Shown here: one piece after another, positions 49,480-63,489 of the stretch
How positions within the stretch are numbered: position 1 is the first letter of the stretch
Layout: the number at the start of each line of letters is the position of its first letter
Source: Polymyxa betae A26-41
Taxonomy: Eukaryota; Protista; Endomyxa: Phytomyxea
Direction: 5' to 3'
Length of the DNA stretch: 64,000 nucleotides
NCBI GenBank assembly: GCA_003693705.1
Contig: RBZT01000954.1
Location: 1 to 64,000, forward strand
Program-made: the position numbers and the translations under genes
The notes under the pieces: generated by a model
Databases searched by the model: none
The model's input: the letters and a program-made list of their open reading frames with translations, nothing else
What the model was told of the DNA's origin: nothing

Positions 49480-51190
49480 GTACATCCCGGCCAGCATCTT
49501 GTTGATCTTGACGCCGTCCAGACTATACCAATGTAAATAACAGAGAACGAAGAATCTCCAAGACATGATGAAACCTGATTATTAGTTGTATGAGGTTTGC
49601 TGGCCTGTCAATGACGTTAATACACTAAATATTGCAGTTTCAACATGGATGGTTACGTTTGATCGAACAGAAGGACGTTTGCTACGATTAGTCCAATAAT
49701 TTTGAGAGCCAGCCCTCAATATTGGCTGTTGGTTGATGAGATCACCAGCTCTATTAAAGATGTAATCATATCTGTCATCTTCAATGACAATATGTCCATC
49801 ATTAGCGCAGCTGATCAGATTGGCATTTGTAAAGGTGCGTTTGGATTTCGGCTGTCGAACATTGCCCACAATGACATCACCAGAAAGTTTCGTCGTCACG
49901 AACCCTCCATTTGATAGCAGATGGATCTCATCGCCATTACTCAACCTGGTAATACGTCTCCCATCTGGATGGCGTTCAATTGACAGAATATTGGCATGAT
50001 CATTCAGCTGTGTTTCGTGAACCCCATCTGAACGTAGTCTAATAGAGGCTCCATCAGCTTTTCGCAGAAATATTTGTGTTCCATCCGGAGCACGTTCCAG
50101 CAACTTTAATCGAAGTACGGACTCCCTCTGTTCCGGAATCTCAGCGCCAAGATCTAGTTCGAGAGCACGTTCAGTGAGCAGCGACGATATTGGCATCTGG
50201 TAACATTACTCTGAGCTTGAACCAGGACTAGATCATGTAGGATTCCTGTAACAACGACAGGATCGTTCGGAATGACGGATCCAGTTTCATCTCGGATTAA
50301 AACCTGCAGGAAATGACCACAGATCTCGGGAAATTGCAGGACTGTAGTGTCGCTGTAGAGATCAATGAATTTCCAGCAGATTTCCGAGATGAATGATATA
50401 CTTTGGATAAGTGGCACGTTCAGCAGTAATCTGCTGTATGGCCTTCATCATCGTGGAAAGATCCTGTCTGTTAACAGGAGATCCACATTGAGCTTGAATC
50501 AGACTCCATAACGTCTTCGCATCCAAGTCCGGGACCACAGGTCGGGCATCGTTTCTGAAATCGTAACATAATGTGAAACCAATAAACAAAATCGGGACGG
50601 TATTACGCAGTGGAAGCGGTCGTGCTGGATGACGGACGAGTTGCTTCAGATCGGCATCCTTTGGCGGATTGCAATACAAGATTCTGCGGAGTCGCGCGAC
50701 GTTGGCTGCTGGAATGAGGACAGAGCTTCCATTGTAACAAAACAGCTACAGTTACCTGTGAGATCTCAATATCGTGAAAAGGCGTTCCTGAAGTGAAATC
50801 TGCCGCCAATGACAGAATATAGTTTGGAAGGTAAGTTCTTCTAAAGGTAATCCAGAACGGTCTTGAATCAGGGCCTCAAGCACTCGGACATTGGTCAGAT
50901 ACCAGGACCTTGGCCTGATGATCGAGATGTTAGCATTGGGATTAGTTATACTGCCCCATTCAATGGTTACAGGTTGAATCGGAGATTTTCGTTAATCCCA
51001 ATCCGGCGAAGATGATTGACATATTCGTGATGTGAAAGTCGATCGACTGGCATTCCTGTAACATCTTGTATATGGGCATTTGTCGTTTCAAAGTCCGCTG
51101 ATCGTAGCCTAAACATTGCATGTTCAGCTGGAACATTACGATTATTGTGTCAATTTGTAGATTACGAAGGAGGAATGATGCCCAGGGCAC
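49480..51190 (-). pseudogene. Disrupted or intron-split gene with C-terminal PDG/SNG beta-hairpin repeats (Tcp10/CPAP G-box-like)
   Basis: APDGTQIF, ADGASI, SDGVHET, HPDGRRIT, SNGDEI repeats; the upstream ORFs overlap in different frames without clear introns. Confidence 0.4.
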
Positions 51191-51624
51191 GTGACGCTCT
51201 TAATCGATTCAATGAAGGAGGCCGCTGCTGCTCTCCAACGGTATTACCATGTTCATGTTCCGGACTTAGGCACTGTTCTGAATATCCACTCAGTAATCAA
51301 AAACAGCAGGAATTTGAAGGACCGAACCAGCTTGTGATAATGACGTTGTTGTGTCCCAGGATAGTCCTGTTTCTGACAGAACGGGCGTCTGTCTGCTCTC
51401 TAAAATCAGATTTTAATTATACGATGAGTTACGAGAGAAAAGAGACGGAAGGTCTTACGTCGGCGGGATCGTCGTCGTTTCAAGACGTTTGACATAATCG
51501 TGGTTATACGCTGAGGTGCACTTAGATGAGGGGATATCGAGTCTCGGATTCGATCAGAGATTGGAGCCATAGCGGATCGAATGTTGCCGGATCAAGAGTG
51601 AGCCGTTCCCTGAGAGCAGATATG

Positions 51625-54388
51625 TCAATCAATAATGAAACCATTCCATAAGTTCAGATACGATGGAAATTGGGCCGCAGAACGATGTTGCAATCGAACA
51701 GTAGATTGCCTGGAACTATCCCAATCAGATGCCGAAAGATAGCGACGTCCGATGACAATGTTACCTTCGACGCTGTTAATTTCAGGAACCTGTTGCCGAC
51801 TTAAACCACGTTCTTGAGCCTGAACGTTGACGGCATCATGGTTATGATCGCCCGATGATGAAAGAGGGCGAAGAGAATCACGAGCGGGAGTAGTGGCAGC
51901 AGCGGGCTGACTAGTAGCAGGACTGGGAGTGGTGGCGGTAGACGTCTGAACCTCAGCAGGTCGTGGTGCTGTCCGCTGAGTAGTTTGCTGCCCAGGCGAT
52001 GGGCCAACATCGGATTGCGGACTGCGAACAGGAGGTCTGGACGTCTGGGTCTGAGTGGATCCAGAAACTGGTCGGGATTGGGTCTGAGTTGGGCGAGGAA
52101 TCTCAACAACTACAGTCTGTGTGGAAGACCCTGATACAGCAGTGGAAGCCGTACTGGAGCTCGCATTGCCAGATGATGATGATGAATGCCGCGGGGCCGT
52201 ACTAGATTCTACCGGGAGCCCATCTTCATTCGCGTTCACCTTTCGAGTAGATGAAGATGAGGACGGGCGATTGGCCTTAGATTTTGCTTTTGGTCGGGAG
52301 AGGACAGAAGGAGTCGAACGTGATGGTGATGACAAAGTGCCCGACCTTGATGAGGAATAGGATGACGACGTCGATGGAGTTGTTGGCGTGGCCGATGACG
52401 ATGATGGCGTTGTATCAAAAGTCACTTAAGGTGCGATGTCGTCGAGACCGAATTTTCATCGCATCAATTGACTTTGTAACTTTTACATTAGGTCCATCAT
52501 TTAAACTATAACCTGTAGATTCGATTGTTTTCGGTTTTATAGTAGAGGCCGATGATATCACGTCACTCAAGGTGCGATGTCGACTAGACCAACTTTTCAG
52601 CGCATCGATTGACTTTGTAACTGTTACAGTAGGTCCACCAGTTAGGCTATGACCTGTAGATTCGATTATTGGCGACGTCGAAGAAGATGAAGGCGTCGCG
52701 TGACTCGGTGGTGGCTTATTCTTCATCATTACCATATATTCTAGATAATCAGCACAATGTGTAGGTATATGATGTGGCACATCAGCAGCAGCAGATGAAG
52801 GCAGCGGGCGACTCGATGGTGGACCACTTTCAACATGGATTTCATGGCCATTGGAACTACGAGGATGCGTTTGCTGTAGACGAGCTTCGGTGAAGCGCTC
52901 GGAAACAGGACCATCGCCGAGCCTGGTCGTGGGCATCCCCGCTTGAGATCCAGATAGTGTTTCCTGATTGCCATTCACTGAACCAGTTCGTTGCCCCCCT
53001 GGTGCATTATCCCGGTCCAGACCTCGAGACTCAACTGCATCAGCGGGTTGATTTCGAGATTTGGAGCCGTCCGATAATGGATTCGATTCGTCCGCCTTGG
53101 CCTTGGAAGTCTCTGTTGGGCGTTTATCATTCGATTCTCGATGATTTTTATCAAGAGATGATTTGTTAAACTTTTTACTGACGAGTCTCGGAAGATGCCT
53201 TTGAAATCATTCAGTATGCTGAGGACAAAACGACGCATAAAGGGTACTTACTTGGCAGTATAATGCCCGAGGACATGATGGATAGCTCGCTTAAAGAAAT
53301 TGCTTTCGATATCCTTAGCCAGCTTGCCCAGAAGCTCGTCGGCGTTTGCATTCTGGATCTTGACCCGAACTACGATTTCGAATCCATCCGCAATCAGCAA
53401 AGAGAATTGCTGAACGTAAACGATAGAGCCGGGTTGCCAATCGATACAAATGTTGTGGTCATGGTAACAGCGAAGCGAACTCCATGAACGAAGAACTCGA
53501 CAAGATGGTCTTGGGCTTGCTGGCTGTCCCGGCCTTATAATAATGATAGGATAGACGAGCGTGATGGAATGGGCGAGGAATGTGAGCGACCTGAGACCCG
53601 CGAACAGAGCCCAGAGCATACCACGATGCGGGAGGTTTCTTCTCCAGGTCGTTTTCATTACAGGCATCGTTGATCAACTGAATAAGATCGACGGCGTTCA
53701 CAATGATAATTTCTAACGCATATAGAGGACCGTCGATAAACACTCCAGCAACAAACTCGAAACCTTCTCGAAAACCTTGGAGCATTAGTTTACCGTCTAC
53801 CGGACAGCCCGGTATCGCGTTTAGCGCTTCCTCGATCGGTTTAAAAAGAGTTTCCGCAATAATCTTGCCCACGGTTGTTGGCGAGGTATCATCAGATCGA
53901 CGAGCAGAAATTATCATGGCCCGGAGATTGCCTTGGCCCAATTGAACGCGAATTCGGTTGACAACCATATCGAAAGAATCCTCAGGCTTACAACCCACAA
54001 AATCTGCCATCACCCAGTTTGTGGTTTGATCGTTCAACAAAGCAGGTTGCAATAAACGTTGCTGTAATTGAGAGAACTCGACTGGTTCTCCCTGAATATT
54101 AGCATGGAACCGATTAAAGACCTCGGCGGTCTTCGGGCTGATATCGTCGCACTCGAGAATAAAGCGAGACCAGGCAGCTTTGAGCCAGCCCTTCTCGGGA
54201 TCCAGCGAGTACATCAGCCGAGAGATCGTTTGCATCTGGGCTTCATGATTGGAGGTAGAGCCTGTGGACAGAGTTATGTTTCAGAAACGAATCCAGTATT
54301 GTATCAAGGGATAGCGACCTGCTATAACAGCTGTTGCACAAAGAACAACGAGACCGAAGAATACAGTTATACACGACGAACGAGACAT
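51625..54388 (-). pseudogene. Large disrupted putatively secreted protein with a Ser/Thr/Pro-rich tail
   Basis: Signal-like MSRSSCITVFFGLVVLCATAVIAG; in-frame TGA at 54281-54283; further stops and frameshifts link ORFs 53459-54235, 53248-53667, 52975-53238, 52415-52978 and 51625-52425. Confidence 0.6.
52421..52668 (-). repeat. 141-bp-period diverged coding duplication (47 aa)
   Basis: IESTGHSLTGGPTVTVTKSIDALKSWSSRHRTLSD vs IESTGYSLNDGPNVKVTKSIDAMKIRSRRHRTLSD. Confidence 0.9.
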
Positions 54389-57300
54389 CCGACTGATCAG
54401 CATTGAAGGAAACACTGCACGAGGCAAATGACAGGACAAGGACATGGAATGACGGGGTTCTTCCAAAGAGACCTTCAGTGACCGGCAAAGTCCGAGATTG
54501 CGGAAATTTTTGAGACTGCTCTTCACAAAGTTTCGTGAATGGAATCGCTTTTCAAGGCCAAAGTCTTCTGAATTAGCAATCTCGTGCTAATTGAAACCTA
54601 TTTACAAGTGACAGATTTCCTGCTACATCACGAGTGTGTGCATACAGTTTAACGTTACAGATGCGGAGATGTGTTCTCTTTGTTTAATCTACTTATGACC
54701 AAAGCCCATAAGCTCATGACTGAGTCATGCAGATTCTTTTGTCAAAGCCAGAGAATGGTCGGATGGCAACTGAAATGTTTCCATTGCCAACGGAAAGGTT
54801 CTGATCGCATGTGAATAGTGTTTGAATCAGGTTCTATGGAGATCATTATAAGCAAGGATGTATCTCATTATCGGTAGAAAGAAGTTGCGCTCAAAAGACC
54901 TCTGCGCAACGTCCCTCTCTCTCCCACTCTCTTGGATTTCGGTACCTGCCCCGCTGTGAGGCTGGGCCGTCTTTCGAGCTTCCTGCTCTGCGGATTTAAC
55001 TGTTTATCCGGACAGCAATGGACTCCCTAAACCGTCGGACAATGATGTATTCATTCCTGTTGGAGACTTCGAAGGTCCACGCTTTTGTATAGCCCCCACT
55101 TTGCCATTCATGAAGATTGCAACGATGAAGATGAACCACATCTTCGAATACAGGACTGAGTCATTTGACACGTACAGCAGGGCTTCACCCAAATGACGGC
55201 CTGCGATGACAGTCTTATTCCGAACCGCCTGAATGTGAAAGGCAGGCGCTGAGTGCTGTTATCTTCGAACAATTTCCCCATCTACTGTAATCCTAAAAGT
55301 AACCATAAAACTCCATCAGCAGCTGGATTTTGCGGTCCATATTTCATAGTAAAATTGTTTATTGTTTTTTTCTCGTAACTCCTATCTCCATTGATTTTCG
55401 ATTTACTAGTGCGAGAAGCTGTTCTTGCAGCCCCTGCACAAACGGATGTATCGCCCACATCGCCTATTAATGGCGTAACAACGCGAATAAACAAACAAAC
55501 AAACAAACGCGAGGACCAGACCCGCCATCATTGCAAGATATTGTCTGCCGACCACCAGAATAACGATGCTGATTGTAAGTACGTGATTTCGTCCTTGGAA
55601 TCGGTCTTCGTGCGAGGCGACGCGTTCGGTCCTCTTTAATTGTTTGCGAATGGAAGTCGCACGCCCTGGTTAGCTCCATAGCTGCTTATCAATTGGAATT
55701 TCGTTCTAGAGTGGTTTTGTATATTTTTTCAATCTCTAACATTATTTCGAAACATCGGAACTGTTTCCGTTGAGCTAGATTTATCAATTTTTTTGATGAC
55801 TTTAATCAATATCTGCTTTGCAATTTCTGCTGTTAATGACATTGTAATCACAAATGAATGCATTTTGGCATTATGTTTTCACCAGTTCAGGTTTAAACGT
55901 CTCCTCTAACGCCATTCGTGTTTAGAGTGAATATTCGCTTTGCTGGGTCCAACATCATCAGCGGTCTGGTGGTTTCAGCAAACCCAAAGAGTCGTGAATA
56001 CGCATCGCTCTTGCGTTTACAGTATATCAGCTCGCCTCTTGGATATTCGAATGCTGGTTGGATGCTGTTTTCAAAAGGTTGTTATTGCGCCCGCTGCGCT
56101 GCCTCTCCATTAATTTCTCTTCTCATCTTGTTTTTTCCAACATCACTTTACGTTTGACTTGCTTAATGTTAGAACCTAACCCTACCCATTCCTGTCACGT
56201 TACATAGCGTTTGTTGACTTTATCACGTTAAACGTTTAATTGCATGTTCAATGCGTTCTTTCAGATACCGTACTTGGTAGCAGCACCTGTTCTCAACGCT
56301 ATACAGCCAGAATTCAATGATCAAGTTCAACTACTCAATCGGCAGCCTGCTCGTGACTGTGAAATAATACGCGTGGCAATTGCTCTACGATTAAAGACGA
56401 AGGTTGCGATTCTGTAAGACAGCCAAGCCAATCTGACTTAGAATCTTGGGTTACGATCATGCAAAGGTGATGCGAATCTGAGTCATGTTTCACTAATAAC
56501 TGTGGCTCTCTACTGTTTTCATAACTCAAACAAATCGCTGCTGTCGACTCTTCGTTAGGTTGGCGTAATGGGCTCGAATATGACCTGGATCTCCAGTGAC
56601 GAGAGGCAGCCGAAGGTCATGCTCGAGCCTGTCCATCGCTTGTTGCTGCCACCGCTCTGTCTTACATCGCGCTCCATATAAGACCCAATCGTCAGCTATA
56701 TCTTGATATCGACCTTGATACGCCGCCCGGTTCTGGTCATTTTGCATTCAGCTATCTATCGATGTTTCTGGTTCCTGGTTTTCAATCGCTTGGCGACATT
56801 CACCGCTTCCATCAACTCTTCCAGTTGGTTTGTTTTCTAATCGCTGAACTTTCTCAAGGTTTGAGGCCATATCTATCATGCCGCTGTGAATTGATCTTTC
56901 ATTTTAATTCGCTTTTCCATTGTGTTCTGCTATCTAATTTCTATATGTCGCGTGGAAAGTTTCCAACAGGCACTGACCTTCATTATAGGTCGTGGTCTCC
57001 TCCGTTTTCATCTCATGATACCGAACCACTCTCTCGGGCCTCTTCATCCGACCTCATCTCCAAACTTTATCGAATAGACAAGAATTGCGATCTTAGCAAT
57101 TAGGCGCATACAACATCCCTTCGAACTCATCTTTGGCCGTAAGTTGTAGCTTATGATGAATTCGCGCTGGTTTAATGGACGTCTAGGTTGATAAATCAAT
57201 CTCGAAGATCAACATGTCAGCGACCATCTCACTGCATCACCCGTATCATTGATGCAATTCTCTTTGAAAGCAATGCGATCTGATCACTTTGCTTTAACGC

Positions 57301-60073
57301 ATTCGAGTTCTCTGTGACCTCAATTGTATTGCCAATGTGGAAATATTCAAGCATTCGGTGTGTGAGGTTATCGTCAATTCAGACCTAACTCTCCAGTACG
57401 TCCCATCTCCTCTCTCTTTAGATTGTACTCGACGTCATGCTTCACATCGTCGCGGCGTATCTATCAGCTGCAATCAGCGATCGCCGCCTCCCTCCTCTCT
57501 TTCAGATTCTGTTTCTGGACCGCTTTCGAGGCTTTCGCTCCCTGCTCACTTCTCCTGTCTCCCCGAATCGGTGCTACGGCTCTACTAGATTGCATTCAAA
57601 TCTTTCTTTGTAAGCATCATCTTTATCTGCATTATTGTATGGGTAAAGTCAAAGATACGTCTACTCTTGCAAGTAATTTTTTGTTTTGTTTTGATACAAA
57701 TTCAAAATTAACGCATTCAATCCCAATTCAGATTTGCATAGACTCCGGTAGCCGATTGTGCTATGAATGCCACTTGGTGATGTTTTTTTGGAAGGTTTTC
57801 ATCGAGTAGATTGACTGAAAGAGTGCGACGACAGGTTGATGATGGCGATGGAATGAGCAAGACCTGTCACAAACCTCAACAAACTTTGAACAATGGAGTA
57901 AATTCGAAACATTACGAAAGAAATAATCACGAAACAAGTGAAAGTAGACGAGCAGCATGAGTCAACTGAAAATTTCATTCGTTCGTCAGGGCCAAATGCA
58001 AGGCGAGAAAGCGGACCGCTGTATAGAGATGAAAGACACAGCCATCTGCGACAATTTCGTCAGCGTCATCTATCGGATATATCCTGGATTGCAGGGTGTG
58101 ATGACCACCATCGAAACAAGATGTGTGATGAGTTGGTCGCAATCAGCTAAAACAGTAATATAGTGACCATGGTTGCGCTCTAATACATTTCAAACCTGTT
58201 ACTAACGACTTGTGTGATAAATTACCAAAGATGCATGGAGCTGACATATCACATGTTCACAGTTTACGAGTCAATATCTTCCATATTATGAAAAACTTCA
58301 ACGTTATCAGACACTCGAATGCCGGTTTTAGTTTGCAAATTGCAGAACAATGCGGTAATCTCTCCTCCTTGAATGTCTATTGTGCTCTATTCTGCCTCTT
58401 TTCTCTGCTAAGCTAATGCTCATGGAAATAATTTAAACTCGACATTGCTTCTGACAAACTCTGTAATACTCATGAGGGGTATACTCGGTGATTCGGGTCC
58501 TATTTCAGCCAGTTTTATTCGCTGCCTTGTACCGGGTCGATCACTCCTCAGGACTGGCCAGCACCTTGACACAATGTTGCAGATTCTTTATCAAAGTGGT
58601 TTGATATCACAGTCAATGTTTGCGGACTTCGATAACAATCGGTCTATGATGAGAAAATGAGTTTATTGTAGTTTTGAAGAATCATGCTGAATTCTCGACC
58701 GATCTCATGTTCTTTGTGCGAATCCCAAGAGATGAAGGCCTACATGTACAAATCAGTTTAGAAAGCGGGGAATGCTGCCCATCTATACTGAGTTGGCTCT
58801 GCTGCTGTGAACAACAGCTGATTTCGCCATCGGAACCAACGAATCTCTAACCTTCATATTGTGGCTGGACGAAGCCAGGATAAATCTCGTTCGGTGAACC
58901 AATCCCTTCCTTGACCACGAGATCAATCCAGCAATAGCTGCGGTCAGTGGCAAAGCCATGTTGGCTCTTACGTTATGGACTTATGGTACATGATCCGATT
59001 CGTGCTTAACAAAAATCGAGCTTGTTATGAAGGTCTCTTCAAGGCTCTTGAGAGAAGCCGTGGCGGCAGTTATCGCTTACTAGGTCGCGACCACACAATG
59101 CAGGGTGTTCTGTCGCAGCTAAATCGTGTTTCTAAGGATCCCAGCCAAGATTCTCTCTCTCTAGCTGTCTACCCCATCCTTGGCCACCCTTGACCACCTT
59201 CAATGCGCCAATACCTGGTTCGCTGGAAACATTTTCCTGACGACGAAAACTCTTGGGGGTTCGCCACTAACTTCGACGACGACCAGATCATCGCAGACTA
59301 CTGGTCGCGCGTCAAATCGGGCTCACATCCCATCTCGGGAGGGGATGATGTGGTGCCATCACAAACCTTAAAACCCTAGAACCCTAGGTCTTGGACCACT
59401 ACGTCGAGGCCGTACTGGACCGCATCCTACCTGATCTTGTTTCTTCACTGTGTCTGAGTGCTAGGTCCCGTGTTCCTGTCTAAATCGCCCGGTTTAGGGC
59501 ATGGGTCGAATTCTGACATTGATTTTCTCATTTTTTGCATTCTCCTTTCCATTGCAGAGCGAGGTCTCATCTGCTCGATTCATCGCCGCTTTCTCACGTT
59601 ACACAACATCGACATTTCCGACTTACATCAGGCTGACTTAAACAAGACATTCGCAGCAAATAAGCAGGGCCCAGTTCATCGTTCAAGCTGGCGCTTTCTA
59701 CAGATTTTGACAAATTGATTGAAAAATATATTTCGTGATGTCTTTGATGTTTTATCAATACAGAAAAGAATATCAACAACGAAAAAAAGAATAAACTCGA
59801 GCCGGAATCGATCTCGGACCTTTCGATTTTTCTGGTTGGGCTATCACAGATTCGTTTTGCAACGCTACTGGAACTAAATTCAAAGAGGGCTGGCCGACGA
59901 ACTGTTAAACTTCTCCAAGCCAAAATCGGTCAGGATGTGCTTTGGCTCCAGAGCTACGGTTATAACTGTCATATAAGTCGAAAGTCTATAAAGCAGACAA
60001 AGAAACACGTTTAGCAACCCTATTCTAGAATTTATTCTACGACAAAGTGGACTCGGGTATGGTAGGAAGATTG

Positions 60074-60150
60074 AAAAAAAGGTGAGAGTGCCTCCTGTAC
60101 CTGGATCGAACCCCTGGTCCGTCTGGTCACAACGGTGAATCAGCCAGAAA
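60074..60150 (-). other. tRNA-like relic (B box plus T-tract), possibly a tRNA-His-derived pseudogene or SINE head
   Basis: Minus strand ...CGTTGTGACC...GGGGTTCGATCC...TTTTTTT; the stems do not pair as a proper cloverleaf. Confidence 0.35.
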
Positions 60151-60289
60151 TTGCCCGCGCTTTTTCTCTTGCGATTTCGTCTGGCAAAACGATAGAAAAC
60201 CTTTCTAAATGGTCAAAGAGAAATGCGCGCGCAGTTGATCATGTCGTTTTCGGTAGAGGCAACAGCGTGGGTCAATCTAACAGTCGCCC

Positions 60290-61339
60290 GTGAATGCATC
60301 ATCTCTTCTGGCTCGTAGTCGCACTGGCCCTGGTGGTCGGGTGGTGAATGGCTCCAGTATCGTAATGACTGGGGCAGGCCCCGCTACCCTACCAGCCATA
60401 CAGCCCCGTGTCGGTGTCCGTGGCCTGAACCTGACACCGGCCGATGTGCAGACCTCCCGCCATCTGCGTCTGCTGAATCCCGCTCTGTCCCGGACCGAAC
60501 TGGCCCAGCGCATTCCCGTCACGGACCGCAACAAACAACTCGTGATCTGGATGCGTGACGACCTGGGCCAGTACCTCGACCATCACGGAGATATCTGGGA
60601 GCGACGTCGTCAATCACGGAATTATCTGATTGGGTGTAACCGGGATCTAGTACGACAGGCTCTCGATAAGTTCGCTGATGCCGTACAGTCACTGAATGAT
60701 CTGACTATGGCGGACTTTCATTCACTGGTGTCTGTGTTTGTCTCACCTGATCATAACCCTAATTCCATACTCCGAGCACAGATGGATATCACAGGACAAT
60801 CTGGAGGCCAGAAGTGGCAGACACTTTGGCCTTCAGAGGCGTTACTATTCACTAATGCTAAGCTAGGGTTTGGTCGGATGGCTCGATCTTATGGAATGCA
60901 ATCGCATTATCTCGGACTGATATCACATTTAGATATGGAGACAAGTCCACATGGACATGTTATGTTACCATGGGAGTTCTTAGAGCATGATTTATTACAC
61001 GCTCAAGCTATTTCTAATAATCTCTACTCTGTAGATGATTGGCCCAGTATCCATCAAGCCTTCGATCTACTACAGAGTAACTCTACCGATCCGGAGCGAC
61101 AGATAGACGATCTCGTGTACTTCTTTCTCACTCCTGAACTGTATGGTTATGTTACATCGGAGGTTCTGTATCGTATCATTGCTGGACGTGATGAGATGTT
61201 ACCATGGCTCGAGAAGATTGTTGCTGATCAATGGCCGTCTATGTTACAGAAATCCATCGAACGTGTCACGAAATTCTGGATGGATCATGTCCCATCAGCA
61301 TCTTTATCACATGAACAGCGTGATTTAATGAAACGTTAA
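60290..61339 (+). CDS. Intronless hypothetical protein with a HG...PWEFLEHDLLH motif
   Basis: 349-codon open frame in otherwise decayed DNA; first ATG near 60366. Confidence 0.7.
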   Translation: MNASSLLARSRTGPGGRVVNGSSIVMTGAGPATLPAIQPRVGVRGLNLTPADVQTSRHLRLLNPALSRTELAQRIPVTDRNKQLVIWMRDDLGQYLDHHGDIWERRRQSRNYLIGCNRDLVRQALDKFADAVQSLNDLTMADFHSLVSVFVSPDHNPNSILRAQMDITGQSGGQKWQTLWPSEALLFTNAKLGFGRMARSYGMQSHYLGLISHLDMETSPHGHVMLPWEFLEHDLLHAQAISNNLYSVDDWPSIHQAFDLLQSNSTDPERQIDDLVYFFLTPELYGYVTSEVLYRIIAGRDEMLPWLEKIVADQWPSMLQKSIERVTKFWMDHVPSASLSHEQRDLMKR

Positions 61340-63489
61340 ATTGGATATCATGTCAGCGTTTTTATGTCAAATATGGATTCCCAATATTCTAGGGCATTAC
61401 GGTTTTCGTAGACTTGACAAAATGGCTTCTGTCGTTAATCACATATTCTATTTAATGGCAACATCTGGTTAGAATACGCAATAAGTAGTTACAGTTGATA
61501 GTTTGTTGCTGCGAAAGCGATCATGTTGGTATGTGAGTATAATGCCATTGTAGTCCGTAGAATCTTGTGCATCAGTTTCGCAGATACAGCAGAGAAGCTT
61601 GGGCGGTCAAAGATATATACGCGTGATGACAATCCGGAAAGGTCGTTCTAACGGTAGGGTTTTGGGGCCAGGGATGTTGGTTGTAGTGACAATTAAGATA
61701 GAGCTTCGTCTACGTAATGTGAAGGCGATGATTTGTAAATGATGAATTTTTAGAGAGGGAAGAAGCAAAGGAAACTGTTTTGAATAATTACGAAATAAAC
61801 CGCTAGATTAATATCATACAACTTGCCATCACATTAATGAGGGGATCTCTTTTGTCTATGTGCTTTAATATGACCACCAACAGCCTTCTGCTCACTGATC
61901 ACGCTGAGGGCCACCAATTGCTTTAACACAGATCAATCAGCAGCCATTTTTGCAGAGCTCGGAAGGTTTAGCCAAAACTTATCATGAATGATAGATCTAT
62001 ATGGCGGAGAAGGAGCGCAGCTGCACAGACAACCTTCAACCGTGTCCGGATTTGTATTTATTCCGGTCGGTCCCGTAATGTCAACATGAGAGAAGATATC
62101 ATCAATTATAATCTAACAAATTGCATCACATTTGTTTCGTCCTCGGACTGAGTGAAGCTCAACAAACCCGCAGTGTCATACTCCATTACTATCAGCAAAG
62201 AGCAGATTTATGAAGTGGTAATTTCCGCTCACTATGTTACCCTGATCATTCGGATCTCCGAAACATGCATACAAGTTCGGCACGGAAACAAAGGTGGGCG
62301 TTTTTTGACATATTAGAGCACATAGATTGCAATACTGTATTGATTTATTCCAATGCGGAAAACTGACAGGCAATCAGTCCAGTTTACGTTTCAGGTTGAG
62401 TCTCGAAGGCTGTTGAGTGACCTGTCTCACTGTATGTCAGCCGACTGATTGCCGTGTAGGATTATTCGATCTAATAAGTTGATTTAGTTTGCTTTTCTGC
62501 ATGTGGAGCATTTCACATAAATCTCTCGCTGTTAGTATCGGGTGAGCTCGGATCCGTTACGAAATCATGTCTAAAATTCTTTTTCAGATCTCCAGTTCGA
62601 CTGCTTCCAGCACTTTCATGAAATCGATGCCATTATAGCGTTTGATTACAATTGGGTCTGCCAAATCCGGTCTAACCATAAATCTGAGTGGTCGAAGTTA
62701 GTCGCTCTTTTACTGATAAATCACGATACAGATATTCACAACGGAAAATCCATGATGAGTTTCGGTGTGTAAATCCATGTTTGTTTCGAATTAGAAGGAT
62801 GGGATACGTTAGAGCGGAGCGCTCAAAGATGAAACATTTTGGCCATATCTCGACCAGCTGCTCGTATTTAATTCCGTTTTACAGATATCGCTGCTTTCTC
62901 TCTCGGTTCATACGATACTGTTGCCTTTCTCCGTTTTTTGTCGTTCTAAAGAATGTTGCCTCATGCACTTTTTCTTCTTGTTTTTCCGGAATACGGCCGA
63001 TTCTCATTCTGTACATATTACAATTTACTAATTCATAAACAGGTTTTCTAATTCGAAATGAATATTGGTAACGAATCCATTACAATTTTAAAAATTCAAT
63101 TCATCAATGCAAAGTTCAGTTCTTTTAGTTATTTCTAACATTTTCCGATTTGATTTCAATCTTCTCAGATCAAGATAGTATTGTATCGTCTCTTCTCTTT
63201 AAACATTGTTTGGGCTACTAACAAAGTTGAATTCTGGATAGTTCTTATCATACGGTAAAATGTAATGATTGCCATTATAGATGCGTGTTGCGATATTCAT
63301 TCAAACTTTTTCCACAACCATCAGCTATTATTTGTCCGAGTTCACCAATTCATCACTTTTACCTGCCAACTTGCTCCATATTCTTTATTCTCGAATCTAT
63401 GCCCATGGCTTAGGGACTTCTTTGAAGCCCATGAAGGAGAACATTGTCGCCAGTTTATCATTGCAATGATTACAGAAAACCAAGTGACT

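Noticed and set aside
54281-54283. Selenocysteine or readthrough at the in-frame TGA
   Set aside because: The same gene has other stops and frameshifts, so pseudogenisation is the simpler explanation.
53263-54406. Plus-strand ORFs 53263-53487 and 54068-54406 as genes
   Set aside because: They are antisense shadows of the longer minus-strand coding frames.
55000-59900. Many short ORFs as genes or a transposase
   Set aside because: Stop-riddled, with no recognisable motifs; probably decayed coding or TE sequence that I cannot assign.
62600-63030. CENP-B/pogo HTH remnant on the minus strand
   Set aside because: The resemblance needs several stops to be ignored, and no DDE region or TIR is visible.
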